A stretch of DNA of 64,000 bases from Piedraia hortae CBS 480.64 (Eukaryota): assembly GCA_010093745.1 (NCBI GenBank), contig MU005995.1, forward strand, positions 1-64,000, read 5' to 3'. A program made the translations under genes and the position numbers. This document shows, piece by piece, positions 1 to 11,907 of this stretch (position 1 is the stretch's first letter; each line of letters starts with the position of its first letter). The notes under the pieces are model-generated. The model was not told the origin of the DNA. It made no database searches and saw only the letters and a program-made list of their open reading frames with translations.

Positions 1-1140
1 CATACAAATCTCTACGGAAAACTAGTTGACGCGTGAAGTCGAGAGCCGAGCGACGGTTACTAATAATGCGCGTAATATACCGCATATTCACAACAAGTTC
101 CCCCAGCCGAAAAATGTGCTATCAAAGTAAACACAGTACATACTATGTCCTATTCGTGGATGCTCCCTATGATACGAAAGTACTACTTTCGTCATATGAG
201 AACATCCACGGCAGCTCAAGGCTCCAGCAATGTGTAAATTTTGCCCAACAAACGTCCGATCAAGAGACGTAAATTATCGGATAGGTTCGCAAGATTCTCG
301 TTGAGGTACTCAAAGCGTTTCACAATTCATTCAAAACTCCGATCAAGGTACACAAAATTTTTAGTAGACTACTGTAGGGGTTTGTTGAGGCTCGCAAGCT
401 ATCTTGCAAATTACCTATCCCCCTGTGTAGGCGCACAAGATGTCGTTATAGTACGCAAATTGCGCAGGTACGATGATTTTAAGCACAAAGCGACGTTGGC
501 CCAGCCAGCATCATGCATAAAGATGCCTACTTCATTAGAGAAATTCATGAACCGGCCATCAAGGACAAAAACGAACATGCTTCCATTCTACAGTCAGTTC
601 ATAGTGCGTCCTCTTTCTCACATAGGTTGGATTATTATGCCCCACTACCTCCAGAAAGCGGCCAAACATCGCGCTGACTTCAACGATCAATTGATACCCT
701 CCCAAATAGAAATGAATGGATGCCCTACACACGTAAGACTCACCCATTTCCATTCAAATGCAACACAATGCGTAAGGATGAAACATTGTGGTGTACCAAG
801 CTCCGTCACCTCGTTTCCCGCTACGCATCGCGCTAATATTATCAAGGTGCAATTTGGACGGTTAGATGTTTCTCGTTAGTAGGGGAAGCATTTTCACACC
901 CCACGTTAATTCATAATCTCGCCCCTCGGCTCGACAGAGGCTGGTGGCTACGAGCATTGCATGCTCTGTGGCTATGATACTGAGCGAAAATTTCTACGAA
1001 AGGGACTATGATACTCAAAGTGGCCTGCCTATGAAGATCTGAGGGAATTTCCATACCCGAGCATAATTCAACCGAATGTATGTAGAATGGCATATAAACT
1101 CTTCCCGATATTCTGAGTTATTGTATGTAGTACTTTCAAA

Positions 1141-2691
1141 TTATGTACTGGTTGACTTCGCTATACCTGGGGCATCTTGACTTGGCCACCAAAATTTTAA
1201 ACCTCTCCGAATATTTTGATAGCGAACCTTCCACAAATCCGAGAAATAATTTTCTCTCGGCCTCCACGGCGACATTGCACCTGCCTTTGGCATCACGTTT
1301 CTGCCCCGCAAGACATACGTGCTTTTGAGCGGCCATAGTGGCATTTGTCTTATGTCTTTTCTCTCTTCCTCAGAAAGGCAAGGCTCAACACCACCATAAC
1401 CCCTGTCCCGCATCATGCTGATGACACGACAAACTAACTGCGCTGTCGCATCCGCGCCCATAGTCCACGATGTATCGGGGTAACCCAGCAAATGAGCCGC
1501 GTTTGGGAGGCCTTCCAGCATGACGCCGTTCCAAACCAGGCATTCAGCAGGGTTCAAGGGCTCACCACCGACGTAGAATGAAATCCCACCTCCGAAACGC
1601 AAGAGCAGGCCTGTTGCTGTGACAATGATATCCTGATTGACCAGCTCCTTTCCAGACGTCAGTTTGATAGTATCCTTTGTGATAGTATCGATAACACCTG
1701 TTTCGATGCTTGCTTTGCCACTTCTCAAAGGAGCGAAGAAATCGCCATCCGGGCAGAGGCAGAGTCTCTGTTCGAATGGCTTGTACGCTGGCTTGAAGTG
1801 CGGATCCAGTGACATCCAATGAGGTAGCTGAGCCAGCATCGATCTATTTAGGAGTTTTTCCATGAAGCTTGGAAACCAAGTTCCCAGCCGGACGAGCAGG
1901 AAAGAAACCCACAGCCATTTGAGACGGAGAATTTTATACTGGAGCGATTTGTTCCAAAACGTTAGGGCACGTATCACCTTGTCGAGCAGGTCTTCCTGGG
2001 CCAGCGGCAGAACGTAGCTGGGCGATCGCTGCAAAAGGGTGACGTGGTTTGCTTTTTCCGCCATAGCAGGCAAAATCGTGATGGCTGTGGCCCCCGAACC
2101 GATAATCGTCACGTTTTTCCCAGTGTAATCCAGATCCTGTGGCCAGAACTGCGGATGGACAACGGTCCCGCCGAAATTTTCTATGCCCGGAATATCAGCC
2201 GGAGCAGGCTTCTCATAGTCGTAATATCCGGCGCATATCATGAGGAAGCTGCAACGAATGGTTTTCTCCTCCGCTCCGTTTACGGTGACTTGTAGCGTCC
2301 ATTGTGAGTCGGGGAAGGAGAAGTTGGCGCGTTCAACGTAATAGTTGAATTTGATCTTCTTGTCAATTCCTTGCAGAGAAGCCGACTCTTGTATGTATGA
2401 TTTAATTTGCCAACCCGATGCGATTGAATGTCTTCCTTTCCATGGGTTCCAGGGAAAGCTGTAGGTGTATAGATCACTGTCCGACCTGACGCCGGGGAAG
2501 TTGAAAAGGGACCAGGTCCCGCCGAGCTCGTGCCTGTTTTCTAAGATGCAATACGTTAGGTCGGGATGCGCCTCTTGTATTCTGTATGCGAAGCTTATCC
2601 CGCCAATTCCTGCCCCAACTACAACAACGTCGTAGACTTCTACCAGTGCCATTGCTGGACTTATGAAGGGAAGAACAGATGACTCCACCAA
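1141..2691 (-). CDS. FAD-dependent monooxygenase, EthA-like Baeyer-Villiger/FMO family
   Basis: Intronless 516-aa ORF with GAGIGG FAD motif, GGTW...PGVRSDSD, BVMO fingerprint FGGTVVHPQFWP, second Rossmann motif IGSGATA and DIIVTATG. Start codon uncertain (first ATG at MALVEV). Confidence 0.9.
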   Translation of the reverse strand: MVESSVLPFISPAMALVEVYDVVVVGAGIGGISFAYRIQEAHPDLTYCILENRHELGGTWSLFNFPGVRSDSDLYTYSFPWNPWKGRHSIASGWQIKSYIQESASLQGIDKKIKFNYYVERANFSFPDSQWTLQVTVNGAEEKTIRCSFLMICAGYYDYEKPAPADIPGIENFGGTVVHPQFWPQDLDYTGKNVTIIGSGATAITILPAMAEKANHVTLLQRSPSYVLPLAQEDLLDKVIRALTFWNKSLQYKILRLKWLWVSFLLVRLGTWFPSFMEKLLNRSMLAQLPHWMSLDPHFKPAYKPFEQRLCLCPDGDFFAPLRSGKASIETGVIDTITKDTIKLTSGKELVNQDIIVTATGLLLRFGGGISFYVGGEPLNPAECLVWNGVMLEGLPNAAHLLGYPDTSWTMGADATAQLVCRVISMMRDRGYGGVEPCLSEEERKDIRQMPLWPLKSTYVLRGRNVMPKAGAMSPWRPRENYFSDLWKVRYQNIRRGLKFWWPSQDAPGIAKSTST

Positions 2692-4106
2692 GACATGAGA
2701 AGTTGAACGCGAAAAATTTCAAGAGAGGAATTCAAAAGCAATGATATTATTTAGGGCGGAGGTGAAGTGGCAGAGTAACGAATGACTCATTCTACAACGT
2801 AAATTCAGCTCGATGATTTCTGCAGACATTTTAGGCGAGAAGCCTCTTCAACATTGCTCAAGATTTCTCCAAATACGAGTGTAAGCTGAAATCGACTGCG
2901 AGAATTAGCGAGTGGCGTCACCGAGTGGCGTCACCGAGGCTAAGAATCAGAACGCAACCCGATCCTTTCAGCGCGGATGTAACTCAGCTTGTAGCAAGAG
3001 ATTGAAACAAATATATCTTAAGATCTCATGGTTACTGCTACGATGAAGACGCAGTATACAAGCAAACTCAACAAAAGCGAAGTAGAACCCTGTACGTAGC
3101 ATTGACGAGATGCATAGATGCTCGAGTGGCCTCTTATCTCAATGGAATCACTTGCGTAAGTTCAATCTAGAATCAGACAAGTGCATAGAGCATTAATTGG
3201 GAAAGGAGTGATGGGAAACTGGACCAAATAAGCGAATAGAAAACTAATAAGAAAAGCAGCAAATTTTTGATGATTAGAAGTCGAGATTTCGAATGAGGAT
3301 GCCCAATCTGGAGGCTCACTCCCATTAACCTAATGGAAATCATGCCATCCATGACTGTTATGAAGCTCAATATCAAGTATCCGTGCTGCAGACTTTTCTC
3401 TCCCCGGCATTTCAAGCAAATGTGTATAATTTTTTGATGTAGCTTTTTGATGCTGCAGTTCAAAAGCAGCGAGAGCATTGCATGGTGTATCTAGCTGTGG
3501 AATCCAGGAATCAGATAAGAAAGGCGGTAATTTGATGCAGATATCTATCGCAGTGGCAACGTGACCACGAACAGCCGGCTGCAGCCTCACGAAGAGCATA
3601 TGGGCGTGCTAGATGTGGAAATGTAGCCGCACCAAAGCAGAAGCTCATACTCTATATCGAGAGTACCGCGGCGATTTCGCCATGTAGATCCTTGCACCTC
3701 ACATTAAATTCAGACTACTGCGTCCAAGGCCTTGCTGAAGTTACTTCAAACAATTCCGCATACTGGCTGAGGCCTGGAAACGGCTTGAGGTACGTGCAAA
3801 TCTTGTTTCGTGCTGATGCACTCTAACGCAAAGAACTCAGGACAAACGTGCATACCAATTCTGGTAACATAGACTCCTGGATACCAAATAAGAATGTATG
3901 ATGTTCATTGTGATGGGATGAGCTGCCCATTTACCCTGGTACCGCAACAGTAAATTCTTCACTGCTCTGAACAATGAAATCAAGTGGACAATTGAGACAA
4001 ATGTGCATGCCCCAAACAATGCCTCTCCAGGCCTCAGAGTATAACTGACAAGCGTCTTGACTAAACCCGCAGAACTAGAAAATCGCTTCACCAAATCAGC
4101 TTGACT

Positions 4107-4547
4107 ATGAACCTTCGAGCAATGTATGAAACTCTACAAGCACGGCGGCATGAAAGTGAGCAGTTCACTCAAGCTGTTGAAAAGTTGAACAGCCTTCTCC
4201 TAGACCTGAGCAGGCTCAAAGAGCGTTACACCCAACTACCAGGATGGGCCAAGGTCAACCCCCATGTTTTCTCGGACTTCAAAAACCACTGTGCAGAAGC
4301 TTTCGGAGAAAACAAGAATGAAAGCTCCGGGATGTTGTATCTAGAGCTGGCTGGCGGGTCTTTGCTTCACCAAGGCAGACCACTCTTTCGAGCGACGGAT
4401 TTCTGGCTGGACGAAGCCGCGCAGGAGATGGCCAAAACCCTCGGAGCTGTGGAAGCCCTAGAGGCTGCCATGATCTGCCACCGGTTTGAATCGATGCAGC
4501 TGGACATTTCTTTAGAAGATCTTTTAAAGAACAGGATGAACTTATAA
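4107..4547 (+). CDS. Orphan helical protein (~146 aa) with a decayed paralog at 29916-30320
   Basis: Clean ATG-started ORF; amino-acid similarity to the disrupted copy at 29.9-30.3 kb (YTQLPGWAKVNP vs YAQLPP*VKAHP; VEALEAA vs LEALEAG). Confidence 0.6.
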   Translation: MNLRAMYETLQARRHESEQFTQAVEKLNSLLLDLSRLKERYTQLPGWAKVNPHVFSDFKNHCAEAFGENKNESSGMLYLELAGGSLLHQGRPLFRATDFWLDEAAQEMAKTLGAVEALEAAMICHRFESMQLDISLEDLLKNRMNL

Positions 4548-5889
4548 ACCATCATTGACTCGTATTGTCAGTTCAACTGTTGTGAAAATTGTAGATCCTG
4601 TCCCTGCTCAGCATTTTCTCCCTTTGTTAGGGTAGAGATTGTGAGCTCACTTTACAGGGTATCCCTGCTCCCGTATTATGCCATTTAGCCACAACTCAGC
4701 CTGATGTCGTGTCCCGAGCGGCATACCCGTCTGGTTGCCTACTATAACCACATGTTACTCTTTCTCTTTCAACTCTCTTCCGATATTCCATTCCTGAGAC
4801 CTTCGAGCATACGACAGTTTCGAGATGAAACTTTCTCCATAAGGAGCTGAACGTTAATTCTTGATCGAGGCAAGCTGCAAAATTGCTTCGAGAAGCTACT
4901 ACCCCTCTATCGACCACCACGTAAGTTGCAATGAGCAAGCAGCGCATGCTCGGAGGCTTCTGCACCGAATAGCTACGACCACTGCTACCTGCTCAAGCCG
5001 CATCGGTTGATAAAAACATGTCTTGAAGAGCACGTTGCCCAAACCTGCTCAAGGATTGCCGTCAAATCTTTTGGCCATGTCAATTTCAAAGTTCACAATC
5101 AGCTGGAAACGAATTGCCCAAGAACATGAGCCTATAATATTGGCACATTTAGTGGTAAGCAAAGACAACCACAAGACTTGCCCGAGTACTTCGGACAGAG
5201 CTTTTGCCCAGTGACCCAAAAACCCGCCAAATTTTGCACAGAGCCGCTCTTGGACAACACTTTGCACGATTGTGTGCCGAAATTATGCCACAAGATCATT
5301 CTGCCCCAGGCAGTTGTCAGAAACGACCCAAGAGCCCAAACGAAACTTAAGAGAAATTCCATAGGGTGTGAAAATTTCATCTCACGAATACCATTGCGTG
5401 CGGAAGGCATCCCAGGAGACATAGCAGCCCCAGCCTCAAGATGCGCACTTCACAAGTCCAACTACAGTCGTCAACAATTGCTCAAACCTACACTTAATCA
5501 TCTAGATCATGGCGTGCATTGTCTCAAAGCATAAACCCCACAAATTAGCATGCACTCACATAGGGGAAAAGCGCGCACGTCTCATGGCCACCCAGTGTTC
5601 GTCAGATCATAGAGACTGACCCACTGAATCCGTTCGGGCAAAGAGTGATCAATAGCTATCGCCCGGACTTACCATTCTCTGTATACCCAATCAATATCGC
5701 CCTGCAACCATCTGTCTGGCGCAGGTATGTCGGTTTGCTGGGAACGCCTGCTCTGCTTTGTCGGCAGGGCATTTGGAGCAGACAACAACCCGCTATCCCA
5801 TAGACCGAACGAAACGCAACAAGCAGCCACAGAAAAGTCGCAATGCTCGGCCGTGGACTCGCTCAGATTGTGTCGTTATTTTGCAATGT

Positions 5890-5960
5890 GCATGCAAAGC
5901 TTACAAGGCTCGGCTTTGTGTCCGTGGCGACGACGTACACTGCAACAAGAGTAACTACTC
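5890..5960 (+). mobile_element. Ty1/copia reverse transcriptase fragment (N-terminal part)
   Basis: YKARLCVRGD at 5902-5931, the conserved copia RT KARL.xRG motif. Confidence 0.65.
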
Positions 5961-6037
5961 TCTCCCGAACATAGCTCTCGCCACAAACTCCGGCCTGCTG
6001 TTCTACATCTTCTTGTGACAGGGGCCGAAGAGGAACG

Positions 6038-6899
6038 ATTTGATTTGACTTTGACTTTTCACACCATGGCAGCACGACCGCGAACGGCCGTCCGCAGCCT
6101 CCCGGAAGGCATAGGTCACGCTATGCTAAGAACTATTTACAGTATTACAACTTATCTAGTCAGTATATCGAACCTCGTGTGGGCCTAATACTTATCTTGC
6201 CGCCTTCCTCGGCCGCCTTCCTCGGGGAAGTGTAGGCGGCTCGCAGCGTCTCAAAGTACAACACGGTGTTCAGCCGCGAGGAGAGACCTCGCTGAAGAAC
6301 TTTGTGTTATGCAAGAAAGCCGCAAAATCGGCTGGCTGCCTCGCCAGTTCAGCGAGATAGCGCTGACGATCTGCGTAATTGAGCTGCCGGCGTGGCCCTT
6401 CCCAGAACCAGGTCCATAGACGCCAGCGGCGAACGATCTGCATACAGCGTACGAGGTGCACGGGGTCTTCCAATGTCCGCGGGAGCAGGTCATAACTGCA
6501 TCCTGATGGTCGAAGCGGCAGTGATACGCCGCGAAGTCTCCATGTCCCGTCTTCAGGGCCAGGAGATGGTGTAGTATATTTCTTTCCGGCTGCAGTGCAG
6601 AAGGCTCGCGATCGGCGAAACCTCCTGCTCATTGCAGGTATGTACCAGAGAGGCCATTTTTGATTTCCTTTCACTACCTTTCCACCTCATCCCTAAACAT
6701 CTTCTTGACCTCCGATTTGATCCCTGCAGCAGTCGGCCTCGTATTTGGATAGGAGTCGTCAGCAATCTCGTTCCCTTCAATCTCGCAGTGACCCAGGCGC
6801 TACTTAACCTCAACGTCATGTTCGTCAGCCAGGTGATGAAATGAATGAAATGCCTGATGGACGAGACAGAGGCGTCCGCGCGCAGGCACTATATTGCTG
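6038..6899 (-). mobile_element. 5'-truncated Tad1-like LINE (RNase H end, C-terminal Cys/His domain, 3' UTR, tail)
   Basis: Minus-strand translation gives AI*CLRADASVSS/HQAFHSFHHLADEHDVEVK*RLGHCEIEGNEIAD (RNase H) and LHHLLALKTGHGDFAAYHCRFDHQDAVMTCSRG..PVHLVRC. AAAGTC/AAATC tail near 6040-6060. AGAGGAACG flanks both ends (6029-6037, 6900-6908). Confidence 0.85.
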
Positions 6900-7009
6900 A
6901 GAGGAACGGAACAGGGGTAAAGAGTGGGAGGCTGGGGGGACCGACCGGGGGACCGACCGGCCATTAGCCCAGCGCGGTCCCTCGATTTTCCAAGTTCTGT
7001 TTCCTCGTA

Positions 7010-7235
7010 CATTGTGCTCGATAGACATCTGTCTCGACGCAGTCACAGCTCCACGCAGTTTTGGCATTCACTACGGTGCCGCTACATCTCGACATGTACA
7101 TGGCCGCCAGGCTGCAGTATCAAACGCCAGATTTGGAAGCTCCGCAGGACTCTACATGGTCTCAGCGAATCACCTGCGCTTTGGTACAAACCTTTGACAC
7201 CTTCGTTTCATGCATGCGGCCTACGGCAAGCTGAG
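7010..7235 (+). mobile_element. Ty1/copia reverse transcriptase fragment (central part)
   Basis: LDAVTA...WPPG...IWKLRRTLHGLSESPALWYK resembles copia RT D(V)xxAF...LxKALYGLKQSPxxW; frameshifted. Confidence 0.75.
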
Positions 7236-7482
7236 GTGGCTAGCGATGCTGCAGTGTCGAAATCGCCGACCGGCGACCAGTGCCACTCCTTCGGGTCGAC
7301 CTGATGTTTTTGAATAAGCCAACCAGACTTTTCAGGCCCAATACACGGTCCAGCCCGAGTCTCTGAATCACAGCAGTACAACCCTTAGGATACTCCAGTC
7401 GCTTCTGCTCGCAGCGGCCGCATCCGAATGAGAAGGGAGGCTGTAACAAGCCAGGGTTACAGAAACGCAATATTTGGAGTTT

Positions 7483-8049
7483 TGTTAGGGATATGGAGAA
7501 TAAATACTTTAAAGACCTAGGGAGACTTCATGAACGTCTTTACACAAGGTTGCATTCAATAAACTACATGTCTAGTAAAATGGCAAGGAATGATCAGTTG
7601 TGTTACTTCCGCCGCGTGTCTTGAGTTTCTCATATTTACACTGTGGACGGACGTAACTTCCGTCTTCTGCTCTTTCTTCTCGTCGGTCTCCAGGCATCAG
7701 TTGTTAAAAGAACCATCAATGGTGGCGGAATGTTTTACAGTCAGTCGGTGACAATGATGGCTAAGTGACAACTCGAATGTAGCAGGGCACATCCCTATTT
7801 GGCATGCAGTCACACGTTTCCTCTGGCAGTGCGGGCGCAGGCGTCCCCCATTCGTCGTTTTTTTCCTGTTTATTGTATCTCGCAACGACTATGTATGCCT
7901 GAGTCTCTGTGGGACTGGCACTGGTCGCTCCTTTTCGCCTCTATTTTTTATCGGTCACGCTCCTTCATTCTCAAGGAATGAGTATATTGTAACTATCTAA
8001 TATTCAATCTGAAGGGTAACCTACTTATATTTGTTGCACATCCCTAAAA
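7483..8049. mobile_element. Possible solo LTR
   Basis: Starts TGTTAGGGAT and ends ATCCCTAAAA (one mismatch from the inverted repeat); ~570 bp non-coding, near copia relics. No TSD seen. Confidence 0.3.
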
Positions 8050-8939
8050 CCTATTTTGGTGATCAATGTCGTCATTGATAACATGGCGTGACTTCTTCCT
8101 GATAAACGTTCGTACTTGTATCAAAGAGGTATGCGCAGCTGTTGACGCATATTGCATCTCGCCGACTTGAATCGCAAGAATTAGGAAAAGGGAGAAGGGA
8201 ATTGACCGAAAAACGACAGAAAAAGATAGAGAATGTCAGTGGCCAGCTGGCCTAAGGATCGCTCTGGCGTCCCAATCGGTCTTTCACCTGTCTCAAGCCG
8301 TCCTCTTTACGTTCGATTTTGTTTCCGTGGCAGAGTATCATGCGTACCAAAGAAGCCTTGGGTAGTCAATTCAAGTCTTGGGCCTCGGTGAAAGCCACAA
8401 ACAGTCTAACGCTGAGGGCAGGAGGGGACGCAACACCAAGTTATGGAGAGCGGACGTCCTTCCTTCTCCAAGGGAGTGCGGAAAATGAGCTCATAACTTG
8501 TCAGTAACGAAAGTCATCGTTCACTGATATCCATCACCCAGTTCCACATCTCGTCTTTGGCCAAGCCTTGAGTCTTGTGCCACGCAAAGATGGCCTACCC
8601 GTTGTTGGCCAAGTGAACTGCATGTGCCAGTGTCCGCCCTCGCCTGTAGCAGCAAAATTGTGGACAAACGGATAACAGAAAGGCGATCTGCATCTTCGGT
8701 GATGTGACCGTTCCAATGCTTGGTTTTTGAAATGGCATTGAAAGTCATCTCATTGCGATGTGTTCAGTTTGATGACCAACTCGACCAGACAGCCGCCAAT
8801 TGCTCACATAACTTATTTCCGTCTTGGAATGTTGTTTCTTGCCCAGGAAAGCCGGAAGGCCGGGTTAATCTTGGTTCGTCCCACTCCTTCCACCTCAGGG
8901 TCGTTCGCTGGCATCTTTGCCGAACGTCCAGAATGGGAG

Positions 8940-9904
8940 CACTCGCGTACATGTTTCGGGCCTTGCCGCTAGTCTTGAGCATGCTGGATGGAAGTGGGTC
9001 TCCAGCGTGATGGGCGACCATGGATGCCTCGAAGTCAGGATGCGCCTCGTAAATGTGTTTGACCAGATTCGTATTCCCACGCTGGTGTTGTCGGTACTGG
9101 TCACAAACCCTGGTATCAAATTTTCCCGGTGAGGCGAGGTTTATCCTGGAGATATGTGAAAAAGGACCAAGAGATGCGGATAATTTTATCACGTGCGGAT
9201 TCAGTTAAGGGCATGGAGTGGTACGAAGAAGCCTGGGCATAAGCAGAGGGGTTTCCGGACGATGGGAGTAACGGCCTTGCGCTCTGGCTCGAGTGGGCTG
9301 CGTTGAATCCGGCAACTGGGGTGTTAACTGATAGTAGCTTGACGGGCCTGCGTGTAAGATGGAAGCAGTTGTACAAGCTACCGCATTTTGCCTAGAAGGG
9401 TGTGTGTTCTCGAAATATGCGGAACTCGAGACAGCGATGTTTTGGGAATGGCATGATGACGAGATAATTTGAATGATGGTTTTGTGAGGTAGGATTGAAG
9501 GGGGTGCCTGCGTTGTACGAGGAAGTAGCGGCACTAGCTACGGTATCTTGGCTAGAAGGGTGTGCATTTTCGAAGAATACGGAGCTCGAGACAGGGGTTC
9601 TTGGGTACGAAATGGTGACAAGATGATCTAACTGATCGTTGTTGTAGAGGTTGGATTGAACGTTGTGTTGTCGTCCATAGGGAACGCCGTGGAGGGCGTG
9701 ACAACATGTTAGAAGCGGCCCGGTCTACTTGGAAGCCTGCAATCCGTGACGCAGCTACTGATTGGATACTATTATCACGCTAAAAGTAGTATTCATTGCA
9801 CTATCACTCATAGCACGATTGATAGGACTCAATATTGCCTAGCGAAGCTCGGCCCGTATTTATCAGTATGTATCAGTGATAAAAGTGATACTGATACATC
9901 TCTA
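8940..9904 (-). mobile_element. Putative 5' end of a hAT-like DNA transposon (terminus, subterminal repeats, BED-finger-like remnant)
   Basis: Minus strand begins TAGAGATGTATCAGTATCAC at 9904, with many TATCAC/TATCAG copies in 9765-9900. Downstream is VCDQYRQHQRGNTNLVKHIYEAHPDF...KARNMY, resembling the BED-finger end and the following motif of hAT transposases. Confidence 0.5.
9377..9690. repeat. Diverged ~160-bp tandem duplication
   Basis: agctaccgcattttgcctagaagggtgtg...ctcgagacag (9377) vs agctacggtatcttggctagaagggtgtg...ctcgagacag (9536); minus-strand peptides VSSSAYFENTHPS and VSSSVFFENAHPS. Confidence 0.8.
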
Positions 9905-10539
9905 CGCAGGCCTGTTCAATTGCATTTCGATTCAGTGGTAGAGCGCTCGCTTCGCTTGAACTTAAGAGTGCTGTGCAAGTCACGAACCTTGTAACCCTGT
10001 CAGTCTGGGCCATGTAGTCCTTTTAATTCCAGCTCCAAGCACTCTAGGGCCGGGGTGATTCCAGCGATCTCGCCACGCTTGGCCCGAGCCATGCGAGGCT
10101 GAATGTTTACCACTCAGAATGTCCTCGAGCATCTTACATCCAGCATCGACGTCAAGTTGTCGCAAGGCCGTAGATAGCTTCCCAAGGCTCTAGCATGCCT
10201 TCGGGAGGCTGAGGTCAGTCCTTCGGGACGACACCGCCACGGCGTGAAATGATACAAACATAGAGACAAACCCAGCATCCTGTGATCCATACCACGCCCT
10301 CCGCCCAAGTTAGCGGCATCCTGCTTGCCGTTGTCGGGGCATATCATAGTGAGCGCACGGGATGTCCGTCCCGGGAAACAGCTTTGAGGCACTGTAATTG
10401 GTACGCAGGTGTACGCCACCGGGAAAGCAAAGTATCGATACGTCAGTGGGGAAGCAGGCTGAAATGCAGTCCACGGGCCATCGTAAAATGGCTCGTGCTT
10501 GTGTCCTCCAACCCTGCGATAGAGGTCTCCACGTGTTGT

Positions 10540-10615
10540 TGGTATAGGATTGCTTTTAACGCCGTTTGCTCTTTCCACCTTTCCGTTGCATGTTATTTTT
10601 TGAGGTTGCAAAGTG
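10540..10615 (-). mobile_element. Retroelement integrase core fragment
   Basis: CNGKVERANGV followed after a frameshift by LKAIL; matches the NGxVERxN..L motif around the catalytic Glu. Confidence 0.4.
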
Positions 10616-11006
10616 GGTAAGATTCTCTGGATCTTAGTTTTCCCATGTTAGGCTGCAGAGATTGGTTTTCAAATTGTAAGAGCTTGTCTTCGCTATGACT
10701 CTGCTGATTGATGCGATTTAACACCCGGTGGTTGATGTAAATGCTCTGCAATAGATCAACCTTCGCCGGTGAAAGAGAATTTCGGAGCGGTGAGTGGATT
10801 GTTGGAAGATAGTTGTCGAGTATCGTAATCGTTCTAAAGATTGAGTTTTTACAAATTATTCTTTTCTGCTGTTCAGAAGCGAGCTTATATACAAGTAGCT
10901 TCTTTGTTCAGACAACATCAAACATCACTTCATTGCCCCACTGTCCTCTTTATTATGCTCTTTGAGCATTTACTATACAGAATTCTTCTTTGTATAGTCT
11001 TTGTTA

Positions 11007-11519
11007 TCAGGCCGAGGCATGGCACTGGTACTTCTCAACAACATGGACGAGGTTTAGGATTGAAAAGGACCTCTCCGATGCGACCAACTCGGTTACGGTC
11101 GTAGCACCCCTGCATCTCACTGCAGATACCGCGTACGAATGGCCGTTTACCTGCTCCCAGAAGCCTCCTGGCTTTGACCGATAATTCCAGAAGTCGACTT
11201 CTGAATGGAAGATGCCCTCGCGACGACGGAACTCGTTGAACTTCTCCATCGCATCAACTAGACCATCACATGGCTTGGACACAGCCAGCCGCCACTCTTG
11301 CTCCTTGCGAAAGGGAAAACGATAATCTTTGTAGGTAACTGCGGGATCCAGGACGAAGGCCGTGATGCGATAGCCGGTCATGTATTGGTTGGACTGATGC
11401 TCGACCAGAGGAAGTGACAGATTGGTTTCTTCTGCGAAGACCGGATGCTTGAAGGTTTGCTCGATGGAACAAAAGTCGGGCACGCGATGCTTCAGTATGT
11501 ATGAGTCCGATTCAGCCAT
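11007..11519 (-). CDS. Hypothetical protein (170 aa)
   Basis: ATG in good context (caaaATGg), uninterrupted ORF with protein-like composition; no family recognised. Confidence 0.5.
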   Translation of the reverse strand: MAESDSYILKHRVPDFCSIEQTFKHPVFAEETNLSLPLVEHQSNQYMTGYRITAFVLDPAVTYKDYRFPFRKEQEWRLAVSKPCDGLVDAMEKFNEFRRREGIFHSEVDFWNYRSKPGGFWEQVNGHSYAVSAVRCRGATTVTELVASERSFSILNLVHVVEKYQCHASA

Positions 11520-11907
11520 TTTGATGGCTTCGGTGGTTACGGTAGATGTCTAGAACTTGGAGGAAAGAGATAAGGCATCAAATGATCTTGAGCCCCTGCT
11601 GTATGCCTTGTTGTTGGTGTTGGAAAGTATCCGTGATTGCGACCCCGCCTCCGTTACTCTCGCGCTGTGATGGAGACGGAGCCGCAACCACGGATAGATT
11701 GTAAGATCAATGAGACATTGGACTTCGAAATGTAGTCGCTTCTGATTTTGCGTTCGGTGGAGTTGGGAAAAATCGAAAGTGTGCGCGGAGCGGGCTGGTC
11801 CGCCCTGACCTCAGCCCAAATTCGCATCACAAAGTCGCCGACCCTCGTCGCAACATGTCCGGCCAACAACCCGCTCACTCTATAAACTTCCCCACTCTCC
11901 ACAAGCC

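Noticed and set aside
241..879. 212-aa plus-strand ORF
   Set aside because: Non-ATG start and no motif; the minus strand shows only a stop-riddled coiled-coil-like relic that I cannot assign.
2909..2938. 13-bp tandem duplication CGAGTGGCGTCAC (similar ones at 6199-6224 and ~6935-6960)
   Set aside because: Two-copy slippage duplications without spacers; not CRISPR-like and no supportable function.
6038..6899. Strong RIP signature in TE relics
   Set aside because: A few TGG-to-TAG changes fit CpA-to-TpA, but the relics are not visibly AT-rich; RIP indices would need computing.
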